From: a virus
Virus record (IMG/VR): IMGVR_UViG_3300008116_000125
Location: 7,713-71,712 of that record
Length of the DNA stretch: 64,000 nucleotides
Direction: 5' to 3' (one strand)
A program made the position numbers and the translations under genes. The notes under the pieces are model-generated. The model was given only the letters and a program-made list of their open reading frames with translations. It made no database searches and was not told where the DNA came from. Positions 35,077 through 44,174 of the stretch are shown piece after piece (positions within the stretch are counted from its first letter, which is position 1; each line of letters begins with the position of its first letter).

Positions 35077-35504
35077 TATCTTACCCTGTTAAGTAAAAAT
35101 TCTAGATAAATTGGTTCAGTTTTATTTATGACACTAAAAACAATGGATACTGTATAAGCATTCTCATCAGGCAAGGGAGAAGCAACTACGTCTATAAGGT
35201 TTGCTCTTGGTTCGTAGTTGTTAATTGAACTCTTAATTAAGCTAATCAAGGTGGCAGTAGTCTGAGGAGTAACATTTTCAAAAAGCATTTTATTAATTTC
35301 ACTACCAAAAGTTGGGTTAAAGAGTCTCTCACCAACATTGGTTAATATGATATTAATAATTGCTTGCTTTACTGCATCCTCATTACTAATTAAAGCAGCA
35401 TCTTTAGTGTCTTTTTCAAACAATATTTTTGTAAACAAATCTTGATAGATTGTGTACGATCCCTCGAGCGGGGTGTATCTATCGGCGCGTTTTACGGTTG
35501 CCAT
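35076..35504 (-). CDS. gp25: Baseplate wedge subunit gp25
   Basis: NEDAVKQAIINIILTNVGERLFNPTFGS...NYEPR. Confidence 0.92.
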   Translation of the reverse strand: MATVKRADRYTPLEGSYTIYQDLFTKILFEKDTKDAALISNEDAVKQAIINIILTNVGERLFNPTFGSEINKMLFENVTPQTTATLISLIKSSINNYEPRANLIDVVASPLPDENAYTVSIVFSVINKTEPIYLEFLLNRVR

Positions 35505-35795
35505 TTATCCTCCGGCAAAAACATTATGGGATCCGGCTGCAACAGATGTACAGCTCGTAATAGCGTCACCTATTCTACCAGCACCTCTTGTGTTAACAAA
35601 TACTGACGTTGATCCAATTGTAATAGGTGCTGCATGCGCTGGACATGGAGCGCCTGGAAGTAGGTGAACTGTATTATTATCTCCTTGACGTGACCAAGGA
35701 ATGCTATTAACATAAACGTTAGGAGATCCTTCTGCTCTGGTCATTCCTGAGCAGTGAGGAACATCTGCATCACCTATTCTTGTTGCGGCTGGCAC
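35505..35795 (-). CDS. PAAR-repeat spike tip (gp5.4-like)
   Basis: MPAATRIGD, GSPNVYVN, GSTSVFVN...GRIGD; His/Cys metal ligands. Confidence 0.92.
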   Translation of the reverse strand: MPAATRIGDADVPHCSGMTRAEGSPNVYVNSIPWSRQGDNNTVHLLPGAPCPAHAAPITIGSTSVFVNTRGAGRIGDAITSCTSVAAGSHNVFAGG

Positions 35796-35982
35796 GCTCT
35801 CTCTCCATTAACTCTTTAAGTCTTTCGTTCCATATATTAATTTCATCATGTTGGTGATCAGTATGGGGACCAGGAGGAATTGAAGGCTCAAAAGCGATTA
35901 AATTATCGAATTCAGCTGGTACATCTTCATACCGATCGTACTCACTAATGCTACCATTAATAAGAACAGCAAATCTACTCAT
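35770..35982 (-). CDS. Small conserved hypothetical protein between gp5 and PAAR
   Basis: FDNLIAFEPSIPPGPHTDHQH motif; coupled overlaps with both neighbours. Confidence 0.7.
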   Translation of the reverse strand: MSRFAVLINGSISEYDRYEDVPAEFDNLIAFEPSIPPGPHTDHQHDEINIWNERLKELMERERASRNKNR

Positions 35983-36680
35983 GGGTTCAAATCTATTCTC
36001 GGGGCAATAAATGTCATGTTCCCCTTTGATTCAACTTTATAGGTACCGTCAACAAGCACGTCTACATTGCCTTTAATATGAACGGTCTGGTTTTTAAAAA
36101 CTATCTCAAACATATCATCAACAACTTTTTCTACCTTACGTCCATCTTTATTAATTTCGGTGTAGGTACCTGATTTATGAAATACATGTATACGTTCGTT
36201 ACCCGGGGTATCGTCAATTTCTACGACGTGCCCTCCTTCAGTTCTAAGAACCTTATTGTACGGGTACTTTGCTGCGTATGCTGACTCCGGTTCTCTACTA
36301 TCATATTCTTTACTTATATTGTTAATTTCACGAGCTGGCTCTGCTACATCATGTTTGGCGTTGTTGTTCTCAGGAATACCGTGAATAGTGCCCATTACTA
36401 CCGGCTGATTGGCATCAAGCCCGTCCATAAAAAAACCAATTACCGTAGAGCCAACTGTCAGTCCGTTTGGAGATAATCCAACTTTATCGTGGCTTGGATT
36501 AGTAGGGGGAACCATTATTAATGCCCATGGTAGCTCATCTGTAGGCATAAGCGATTTATTGTCAGTGTGAAAATGATATGCTCGAACTTTAACACGTCCA
36601 AGCATTAACGGATCTTCTCTATTCTCAACTTTACCAACAAACCAAATAAGCCCTTCTTGTCCTAAATTTTTAGTTGTCAT
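35979..36680 (-). CDS. gp5: Baseplate hub/spike gp5, short form without a lysozyme domain
   Basis: WFVGKVENREDPLMLGRVKVR, LPWA, GFFMDG (OB fold); YPYNKV..TEGGHVVEIDDTPGNERIH; short beta-helix. Confidence 0.92.
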   Translation of the reverse strand: MTTKNLGQEGLIWFVGKVENREDPLMLGRVKVRAYHFHTDNKSLMPTDELPWALIMVPPTNPSHDKVGLSPNGLTVGSTVIGFFMDGLDANQPVVMGTIHGIPENNNAKHDVAEPAREINNISKEYDSREPESAYAAKYPYNKVLRTEGGHVVEIDDTPGNERIHVFHKSGTYTEINKDGRKVEKVVDDMFEIVFKNQTVHIKGNVDVLVDGTYKVESKGNMTFIAPRIDLNP

Positions 36681-37951
36681 TTATATCCCATTTTAACGCA
36701 ATCAAGTGAAATTTGATGTTTGGGCTTACCGCCCTCTTCCATTGTAAGTATATGTCTAAGTTTTGTAATAATGTAATTGCCCGAGTTGTTTCTATCGGAT
36801 GTTTTCTTTTCAGTGGTACCTGATACTTCAGGCAAGTCGAGCTGTATAAGATCTCCGACAGCAAGGTAGTTATCACCGTGTATAAGAATCCTAACAGCGT
36901 TTTGATTCAAGAGAGCTGAGTATGCTGATTTAGATCCAAGGTTAGCGTCAATATAGTCATCTCCTCGCGAACTGTCCTTTGCAAGAAAAAATTTCTTTGA
37001 AGCAGACTTAGAATATTTTTCTATAAACTCAGTTGAGTTAGGTAGTCTTCCTTTAGTATCAGCGGCTACAAAGTTTTTAGCTTTTTCTGATAGCTTAAAG
37101 TCTGTAATAGTAATACCTTTAGTGAGTATATCAAAAGACTGCACTGTGTTAACTACAACCCCGCTGTTAATTTTTTCAATCGAATCAAATTTACCTAGGT
37201 GCGTATATCTTATAATATTTCTAAAAGAGTATTGCTTTCTTTCTTTGTCACTTAATGTGTCGGGTGCATATGTAAATACTTTTGATTGTATGGAGCTTTT
37301 TCCTTCTTTCATCAGCCCTTCAATACTCTTAAACTGATGTCCAAATTGATTCTCAAAGAACACAAATGAGCCTCCTGATGCATGTTCGGCGCTGATTGCT
37401 TTTTGTCTTAGAAAATCAATTGCCTGGAAAGGTCTTAATCGAGGAATAGTTAATGGAATAATACCTTTGGTTTTTTCTACAGTAAATTTATTTTGACCAT
37501 TAGAACTATTAGAAAGAGTGGTCTTAATAATATCTTTTACTATTTCGTCAATAGTATCTTTATAACTTTTTTCTATAAGCTCACTTGCATTAAAATAGTG
37601 AGCCGGTGAAACTGCTTTGAGCAGGTAAATAGAACCCTTGGAGGTTGGAGAGGTGCCGGTGCTTTCAACACTAAAGACGTTAAAAGTAAGTCTTGTTGGG
37701 TTATCTCTTCCAGGAGTAAAGAAACTTAATGTAATTGTTTCTTCTCCTACTATGGGATAGTCTTGAACCAGGTTAATTGAATCAACCATAACAAGCTCTA
37801 AAACCATTGAAGGCTCTTCTATATCTTCGTAGATAGACATAGAAAGCATTTGAGGTCTTATGTCAACAGGAATCTGAGATCCGGAGCTTGCCTTTTGTAA
37901 GACAATCTTTAAGATGTTTACATCACCTGGTTCGTAATTTTTAGTGCTCAT
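36677..37951 (-). CDS. Putative baseplate hub protein (gp27-like)
   Basis: Between gp53 and gp5; SIYEDI, FVFFEN, GDLIQLDLP...SGNYIITKLRH hub-type motifs. Confidence 0.6.
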   Translation of the reverse strand: MSTKNYEPGDVNILKIVLQKASSGSQIPVDIRPQMLSMSIYEDIEEPSMVLELVMVDSINLVQDYPIVGEETITLSFFTPGRDNPTRLTFNVFSVESTGTSPTSKGSIYLLKAVSPAHYFNASELIEKSYKDTIDEIVKDIIKTTLSNSSNGQNKFTVEKTKGIIPLTIPRLRPFQAIDFLRQKAISAEHASGGSFVFFENQFGHQFKSIEGLMKEGKSSIQSKVFTYAPDTLSDKERKQYSFRNIIRYTHLGKFDSIEKINSGVVVNTVQSFDILTKGITITDFKLSEKAKNFVAADTKGRLPNSTEFIEKYSKSASKKFFLAKDSSRGDDYIDANLGSKSAYSALLNQNAVRILIHGDNYLAVGDLIQLDLPEVSGTTEKKTSDRNNSGNYIITKLRHILTMEEGGKPKHQISLDCVKMGYK

Positions 37952-38817
37952 GAAAGAAGTTCTGTCATCTGATCTTCAATAGCTGGTATATAATTTCGAT
38001 CTATAAGTTTAATGTGCTTTTTAGATTCATTTAGTTCATCTTCATAATCATAAAAACTAACTGGAGTCCAGTATGCGCCTTCTGTTAGTGGAACAGCTCT
38101 ATAAGTTTCTGTAATAGAAGTTGCGGATCTGCTTACGTTAGACGTGCTACCTACAATAGACCCTACTGAGCCTGATGTAACGGCAAAAGAGCCGGTAATA
38201 TTATTAATTACCAGCTTACTATCTTTAATGGTTTTAATCCAGCCAGTTGCAGTAATGACACCAGAGGTTCTTTGAGTAACTTTTTCACCCTCAAGAAAAT
38301 CATCAATGCTGTTAACTGTTATCTCATTAATAATGTTTGTCTCAACGATGCTATCATCTTTCTTTCGTTCGTACGATCCAATCTCACCGTTATAGCCAAT
38401 AATTGGATTCCAGTATTTTTTTAAGTTTTTATCTAAAGCAGAATAAGCGCTCGTTGTAAGTAAAGAATCGTCGTTGTACCAGTTATTTCTGTAGAAGGCA
38501 ATTTTTTCTTGAGCAGCTTCAATAGACCCGTACTTAACAATAATATGCTTGCTAAACTCTCTTACAGTTAAAGGCCATTGATGATAGGGATCAACAATGT
38601 TATTGCTTAGGTAAACAACCCAGGCGTATCTTTCATCGTCATAATAACTGTATGCGATTGTTTCTGCTCTCTCACCTTCCTTAATAGTATAGGGATAATA
38701 AGTTACAACATTCTTTTTTACAAAGTCTTTAAACCTCACGCTTTTTAATATATCAACAACTATCTCACCGTTGTAAGATACTGTACCAAGTTTAGAAAAA
38801 TAGTTATAAAGTGCCAT
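37948..38817 (-). CDS. gp53: Baseplate wedge subunit gp53 (start moved to ATG 38817)
   Basis: YFSKL, YTIKEGERAETIAYSYY...WVVYLSNNIVDPYHQWP, YDYEDELNESKKHIKL. Confidence 0.88.
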   Translation of the reverse strand: MALYNYFSKLGTVSYNGEIVVDILKSVRFKDFVKKNVVTYYPYTIKEGERAETIAYSYYDDERYAWVVYLSNNIVDPYHQWPLTVREFSKHIIVKYGSIEAAQEKIAFYRNNWYNDDSLLTTSAYSALDKNLKKYWNPIIGYNGEIGSYERKKDDSIVETNIINEITVNSIDDFLEGEKVTQRTSGVITATGWIKTIKDSKLVINNITGSFAVTSGSVGSIVGSTSNVSRSATSITETYRAVPLTEGAYWTPVSFYDYEDELNESKKHIKLIDRNYIPAIEDQMTELLS

Positions 38818-38818
38818 A

Positions 38819-39946
38819 TTAGTTTCCCGGTTTTGGAGAATTTCTCCAGCCTTCTTCAATATCACTTCTTGTAAGAGGCTCTATCTCTTTAAATGAAAGT
38901 GATATTTCGACTTCTACAGGGAGTGATGTTCCTCTAAAAAAAGCTGGGGTTCCTTGAGGTGCGTAGTTTACCGACATTGATTCTAAAAAGCATTTTTTAA
39001 AAAAGTAAGGCTCATTTTCTCTCTTGCCAAAAGATATACTAACAGTATCAGGGAAAGTGTAAAGAAGATTGTCTTTTGCAGGGTGCATTCTTCTTTTAAA
39101 CTCATAAATTATTTTTCTTAGATTTTCATTATCATCACTATTGTGCGGAGAAAATCTATAGGTAAAAGAATGTGACCTAAGATTTATACCTTGAAATACT
39201 AAAGCCTGGTATGGGTTTAAAATAGTTCCTGTTGCTTTGTCTATTGCACTTCCTACGCTATCACTTAATCCTGCAACAGTTCTTCCTGCATAGTAAGCGC
39301 CCTGTAGAGTACCGGCTTGCTTAAAAGCTGTGCCAGCTGCTTCTCCAACTGCCTTGCCGATAGCTTCAGGCGCATCTTTAAAATTAATACCAGTCGGTAT
39401 ATTTTTTTCGAGAAATCCTGCTATACCTAATTGCTTATCTGCATATTGCATTGTAAACTGCTCTTGCAAATTAGAAGGAATAGGTAGGTTAATTGTTACG
39501 GAAGGAAGGCTGGTAGGAGATGCAAGAGGTATCTTTCTTTCATAAGTCTCAAATGTAAAAGACACCCAATATTCACCTATGTTATTAGGATATGTAAGCT
39601 GCCCGTCAAATTTATTTTTATTACGTCTAATAGACTCTTCCGGAGTAAGGTCTTTTAGTTTTGACGGTGGCGTAAAATTGTCTTTAAACTTAGTATATGA
39701 ACCAAGACTTCCAAGCTGGCCAAGAGCTGCCGAAACAGATCCAATCGCAGACATACCTATTTTTCCAAAAGCACCAGCCACTGCGCTCACATTATTAAGT
39801 GCTTGACCAACACTCGTAGGAGCTGACTTAAGGAAGCCGTCCGCTGTACTACCCACTTCTTGAACAGAGCTGCTGAACGTTTTGCTAAACTGATCAGAAA
39901 GCGTTGTGGTAGATTTATAGTTATCTTGCTCTGTACGTATGGGCAT
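38819..39946 (-). CDS. gp48: Baseplate tail-tube cap gp48
   Basis: LPIPSNLQE, NPYQALVFQGINLRSHSFTYRFSP, CFLESMSVNYAPQG, LSFKEIE. Confidence 0.85.
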   Translation of the reverse strand: MPIRTEQDNYKSTTTLSDQFSKTFSSSVQEVGSTADGFLKSAPTSVGQALNNVSAVAGAFGKIGMSAIGSVSAALGQLGSLGSYTKFKDNFTPPSKLKDLTPEESIRRNKNKFDGQLTYPNNIGEYWVSFTFETYERKIPLASPTSLPSVTINLPIPSNLQEQFTMQYADKQLGIAGFLEKNIPTGINFKDAPEAIGKAVGEAAGTAFKQAGTLQGAYYAGRTVAGLSDSVGSAIDKATGTILNPYQALVFQGINLRSHSFTYRFSPHNSDDNENLRKIIYEFKRRMHPAKDNLLYTFPDTVSISFGKRENEPYFFKKCFLESMSVNYAPQGTPAFFRGTSLPVEVEISLSFKEIEPLTRSDIEEGWRNSPKPGN

Positions 39947-39957
39947 AAATATTTTCT

Positions 39958-40395
39958 ATGAGTTATAAAGGTTTTTTTAAGCCAAAGAATCCGGCCAAAT
40001 ACAAAGGTAATCCTAGTAACGTTATTTATCGTAGCGGATGGGAGCTTAAGCTTATGGCTTATCTAGACGCACACCCTGACGTTATTCAATGGTCAAGTGA
40101 AGAGTTCTGCATTCCGTACAAATCTCCTATTGATGGAAAAATACATCGATATTTTCCAGATTTTTTTGTAAAGAAGAAGAATCCTGAGGGTGTTATTGAA
40201 TCTATAGTAATAGAGGTTAAACCGCTTAAGCAGGTTCAAGCGCCAAAACTGCAATCAAAGCCTACAAAAAAATATTTAAACGAGGTAAAGACATACGGTA
40301 TCAATACAGCTAAGTGGGAAGCTGCCAAAGACTTCTGTGAGTCAAGAAAATGGAAGTTTATGATTATGACAGAAAAAGAACTAGGAATTAAGTAA
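39958..40395 (+). CDS. gp4: Head completion nuclease gp4
   Basis: YKGFFKPKNPAKYKG...YRSGWE...WSSEE...HRYFPDF...EVKP...KWEAA. Confidence 0.95.
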   Translation: MSYKGFFKPKNPAKYKGNPSNVIYRSGWELKLMAYLDAHPDVIQWSSEEFCIPYKSPIDGKIHRYFPDFFVKKKNPEGVIESIVIEVKPLKQVQAPKLQSKPTKKYLNEVKTYGINTAKWEAAKDFCESRKWKFMIMTEKELGIK

Positions 40396-41000
40396 TGGCA
40401 ATATTATTTTCAGATTATATAAAAGAAAAAATAGATAGCAGCAAAGTGCTCGATGCCACCGATTGGCTAAGAGAGCAATCATACAGTATTGATCCTAGGC
40501 GTATTGATACTCAAAATATTATTAGAAAAAATTCAACCGTTGCAGAAAATCGTGTGAGATTAGGACATCTTTACTTGTTTAAATATGATCCAAAACTAAA
40601 GCAAGAGCTTCCTTATTATGATACCTTCCCTGTTATTTTTATCATTAATATTATTAAGGGAGGATTTATAGGCCTCAACATGCACTATCTTCCATATGAA
40701 TATAGAGCAAAGCTAATGGATATGCTTTATGACTATGTTACTGGTGAGGAGAACATGCAAAGATTAAAGATAACATATAACGTTCTATCAAATACATCAA
40801 AATTAAGATATTACAAGCCCTGTTTGAAACACTATCTAAATAGTCAAGTTAAGTCCAGATTTATTCACATATCTCCTGAAGAGTGGGAAAAAGCTTTATT
40901 TTTACCGCTAAGAAGATTTAAAAAAGCTTTAGAATCTGAAGTTCATAGAGATAGTGTCAAACAAATTAGAAGGTCGGCTCAGAGAGGAAATGTTAAATGA
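40395..41000 (+). CDS. gp2: DNA end protector gp2
   Basis: YDPKLKQELPYYDTFP, GLNMHYLP, KPCLKHYL. Confidence 0.92.
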   Translation: MAILFSDYIKEKIDSSKVLDATDWLREQSYSIDPRRIDTQNIIRKNSTVAENRVRLGHLYLFKYDPKLKQELPYYDTFPVIFIINIIKGGFIGLNMHYLPYEYRAKLMDMLYDYVTGEENMQRLKITYNVLSNTSKLRYYKPCLKHYLNSQVKSRFIHISPEEWEKALFLPLRRFKKALESEVHRDSVKQIRRSAQRGNVK

Positions 41001-41914
41001 CCGCGATTAATGCAATCAACAGTGCTATTTCAAAAACAAGAGATGCTGTTGGATCAGCTGCAGCAATAGGAGATGCAGTTAGCAATCTACCTGGTGTTCC
41101 TGATGGACTTAGAAACGCTATCGGGTCATTATTTGGAACAGGAAGAGGATTAGCACCGAGTCAAAATAGAAGAGACTTAAATAACTTCCTAGGTACTGCT
41201 TCAAAGTTAAAAGGATTTGCCAGACCCTCTCAATTTTATATTGAAATAGCTCCTCCGTATATGATGAGGGCTGATGGAGAAGATGCTAGAACTTTAGCCT
41301 TTCTCTGTGAATCAGCTAACTTACCAGGTGTATCTTTCGCTACATCAGAAATAAGAAGATATGGTTATGGTCCCGTAGAGAGAAAGCCTTACGCACCTAT
41401 TTTTGTTGATACAACAATGACGTTTTTAACGGACGCTTCAGGATTAGTTCAAAAGTTCTTTTATAAGTGGATGAACGGCATTATTAAATTTGATGAGCCG
41501 GTTTATGGTGCTGTAGGACAGGCCGGTGATTTTCAGCTTAATCCTTTTGAAGTTAACTATAAAGATCAGTACATGACAGACATTCTGGTTACTACTGTAG
41601 ATGAAGCTAATAACGATATAATAAACGTAAGATTTAAAGAGGCATATCCTATTTTTATGGGTGATGTAAATCTAGGATGGGCCGATACTGATTCAATAAG
41701 CCGTCTTCCAATAACATTTACTTTCTTTAACTGGAAAATTGAGCGCATTAATATTAATCAAATACAAGAAAGAAGATCACCTGGCGCGTTACAGAGCTTG
41801 TTAAAAGTAGGAACAGCAGTACAAACTCTTGCAGCTCTTAGAAAACCTAATAATGTTGCTGACGTAATTAATGTAGTTAATAATGCAAAAATCGCAATTG
41901 GCGGACTTATATAA
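40997..41914 (+). CDS. Tail-tube family protein (gp54/gp19-like tube initiator)
   Basis: GFARPSQF, LCESANLPG, EAYPI...LGWAD...LPITFTF tube-fold motifs. Confidence 0.75.
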   Translation: MTAINAINSAISKTRDAVGSAAAIGDAVSNLPGVPDGLRNAIGSLFGTGRGLAPSQNRRDLNNFLGTASKLKGFARPSQFYIEIAPPYMMRADGEDARTLAFLCESANLPGVSFATSEIRRYGYGPVERKPYAPIFVDTTMTFLTDASGLVQKFFYKWMNGIIKFDEPVYGAVGQAGDFQLNPFEVNYKDQYMTDILVTTVDEANNDIINVRFKEAYPIFMGDVNLGWADTDSISRLPITFTFFNWKIERININQIQERRSPGALQSLLKVGTAVQTLAALRKPNNVADVINVVNNAKIAIGGLI

Positions 41915-41929
41915 TTAAGGAGATATAAA

Positions 41930-42640
41930 ATGGCTTTACCAAAGATTAATCATCCAACCTTTGAGGTGACTTTACCATCAAGCAAAGATAAGATAGTAGT
42001 TAGACCGTTTTTAGTAAAAGAAGAAAAAATTTTATTAATGGCAATGCAAGGTGAAGATTCAGATGAGATTATTAATTCTATAAAACAGGTAATTAATAAT
42101 TGTATTATTACTGAAGGTGTAGATATAGACAAGCTTGCAACTTTTGATTTAGAATACTTATTTTTAAAAATAAGAGCACGTTCGGTTAATAACGTTATTA
42201 AGTTAACCTACAAAGATTTAGAGGATGAGCTGAAATACGATGTTGAGGTTAACTTAGATGAGGTAGAAGTAAAGTTTGATCCTGCTCACACAAATAAAAT
42301 AGAAGTTACTGACAGACTTGGCTTCTACCTAGCATACCCTCATGCAGGAATGTCTGAGAAGATTAGCAACACAGATAGTGAAGCAGATCTATTTTTTGAT
42401 ATTCTTAAAAACTGTATCGATAAGATTTATGATGGGGATAATGTTTACATGGCAAGCGACTCTTCAAGTGAAGAGCTTGAAGAGTTTTTACAGAACTTAG
42501 ATGTTAAATCGTTTAAAAAGATTCAAGACTTCTTTCAAACAATGCCTAGACTATACCACGAGATAAAGTACACGAACAGTCTTGGCAATGAAAGAACAAT
42601 AAAACTTTCCTCGTTAAATGATTTTTTTATGTTGGGCTGA
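41930..42640 (+). CDS. gp26: Baseplate hub assembly chaperone gp26
   Basis: MALPKINHPTFEVTLPS...RPFLVKEEKILLMA...FDLEYLFLKIRARSV...FFQTMP...LNDFF; strong AAGGAG RBS. Confidence 0.92.
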   Translation: MALPKINHPTFEVTLPSSKDKIVVRPFLVKEEKILLMAMQGEDSDEIINSIKQVINNCIITEGVDIDKLATFDLEYLFLKIRARSVNNVIKLTYKDLEDELKYDVEVNLDEVEVKFDPAHTNKIEVTDRLGFYLAYPHAGMSEKISNTDSEADLFFDILKNCIDKIYDGDNVYMASDSSSEELEEFLQNLDVKSFKKIQDFFQTMPRLYHEIKYTNSLGNERTIKLSSLNDFFMLG

Positions 42641-42694
42641 GTCATAATAACCTAAGCAATTATTATTCTTTAATTTTTAGTTTGGCTCAGCACC
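42622..42694 (+). promoter_or_regulatory. Candidate -1 programmed frameshift signal (T TTT TTT heptamer plus downstream stem)
   Basis: Heptamer 42622-42628 in the gp26 frame; GCTGAGTCA (42636-42644) can pair with TGGCTCAGC (42683-42691). Confidence 0.6.
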
Positions 42695-42816
42695 ACAAGT
42701 GGTCAGTAACAGAAATAGAAAATATGATTCCATTTGAGAGAGACCTTTATGTTGAATTGCTTCGTGATTATTTGGAAAGAGAACAAGAACGCATTAAGGC
42801 TAGAAAACAACGATAA
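42628..42816 (+). CDS. gp51: gp51-like hub assembly protein in the -1 frame of gp26; no upstream ATG; not in the ORF track
   Basis: YVGLSHNNLSNYYSLIFSLAQHHKWSVTEIENMIPFERDLYVELLRDYLEREQER...; in-frame TGA at 42619-42621 sits just before the T-run; stop overlaps the next ATG. Confidence 0.82.
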   Translation, partial: YVGLSHNNLSNYYSLIFSLAQHHKWSVTEIENMIPFERDLYVELLRDYLEREQERIKARKQR

Positions 42817-44174
42817 TGGTATCAGTAAGAAAAAAAGCTAGAGATAAACAAAAGCAAGATGCTATTAAAGAGGCATCTTCTGCTATGTTTGGTAGTGTTG
42901 GCTTTTTTCTTAATATTAAAACAGAAGTAAGTAGTATAGAAGAGGGCTCGTTAGAGCTTAAAAAATCAGCTGAAGAGTTAAGTGATCTTCTTGTTAATTA
43001 TTTAAGTGAGGAAGAGCCCCCTCCTCTTCCAGATGCAGTGCCTGAAGATCGTATGCCAGGGATTGCAGCAACAGCAAAGAAACAAGCTTTTGATCTTGCC
43101 AAGCTTGGATTAATTCTTCCTTTTTTAATTAATAAAGAATCAAGAGAATATCTTGCTAATTTTATTTCCGGTCTTATCGGCCAAGAGGCTCTAGGAGCTA
43201 TAAAGACTACTCTTGTAGGACTTACAGCCGTACTTACCGGAGTATTTGCTTATAAACTATTTAAACAAATTGGTACTACGATAGAAGCTGTAAAAGAGCT
43301 CTCTAGAGTAACTTCAATATTATTTGGTATAACTGATGCTGCCAATGATGACTTAGTAGATGAAAAAACAAAATTAGATAAAGATAAAAAAGAAGTAGAT
43401 AAAGAAAAGAAAAAGAAGGCTAAAGAGAAAAAAGAGATCGACGAAAAAAAGCGTAACGCAAAAAGCGCTAGAGATGATCTTAAAAAAGAAAAACAGGCAT
43501 TAAAGGGTAAAGGCAAATTATCAAAATTATTTGCTTTTGCTTCTCGAATAGCTCCTAATGTAGGTAAAAAATTATTAACTGCCATACCTTTTGTAGGAGC
43601 TTTTGCTGCGATCGGACTCTTACTTTATGAAATATACGATGAAGCAGTTAACTTTTTTGATGAAGAAGAGCGGACGCCTCCTAAGATAGATGCAGTTAGA
43701 GATGATGAGAAGGAGGACGAAAAGACGGTTGCCGAAGGAGTGCAGGCACAAGCAGTAGAGAAAGCACCAATAGCAGCTGCTGTTCCCCCTCTAGTAAAAG
43801 AATCTAGACAACAATTATCTAGACAAGTACCTTCCTCCCAACAGGAAGCACAGTCCTCATCGGATGCAGCAGCTGCACAGGCACAATCAATGGCTGCTGC
43901 TCCTGCTATGGAAATATTGCCGGGAGATAGTAACTCAGGCGAGGTTGGGGTTGAGGAGGCTGAAAGTGAGGGAGCTCTCGAGCTTCCATCTTTTACAATG
44001 CCAAGAACTTTAGATATAGCAGAATCATCTGAAGAAATTATTTTAGAGAAGAAGGACGTTGTTCCGACAATAGTCGTTAATAATATAGATAATAGTACTA
44101 CAATTGCTAAAACAGAACCTGAAACAACTTCATCAGATGGTAGTTACAGATATTCAACGACGGTAGGTGTATAA
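42816..44174 (+). CDS. Tape-measure/ejection-like protein 1
   Basis: Helical, Lys/Glu coiled coil, hydrophobic segments (KKLLTAIPFVGAFAAIGLLLY), follows gp26/gp51. Confidence 0.5.
   Translation: MVSVRKKARDKQKQDAIKEASSAMFGSVGFFLNIKTEVSSIEEGSLELKKSAEELSDLLVNYLSEEEPPPLPDAVPEDRMPGIAATAKKQAFDLAKLGLILPFLINKESREYLANFISGLIGQEALGAIKTTLVGLTAVLTGVFAYKLFKQIGTTIEAVKELSRVTSILFGITDAANDDLVDEKTKLDKDKKEVDKEKKKKAKEKKEIDEKKRNAKSARDDLKKEKQALKGKGKLSKLFAFASRIAPNVGKKLLTAIPFVGAFAAIGLLLYEIYDEAVNFFDEEERTPPKIDAVRDDEKEDEKTVAEGVQAQAVEKAPIAAAVPPLVKESRQQLSRQVPSSQQEAQSSSDAAAAQAQSMAAAPAMEILPGDSNSGEVGVEEAESEGALELPSFTMPRTLDIAESSEEIILEKKDVVPTIVVNNIDNSTTIAKTEPETTSSDGSYRYSTTVGV

Noticed and set aside
39944-40030. CATAAATA and GATAAATA as divergent late promoters for gp4 and gp48
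   Set aside because: One mismatch each in AT-rich DNA; plausible but not strong enough to call
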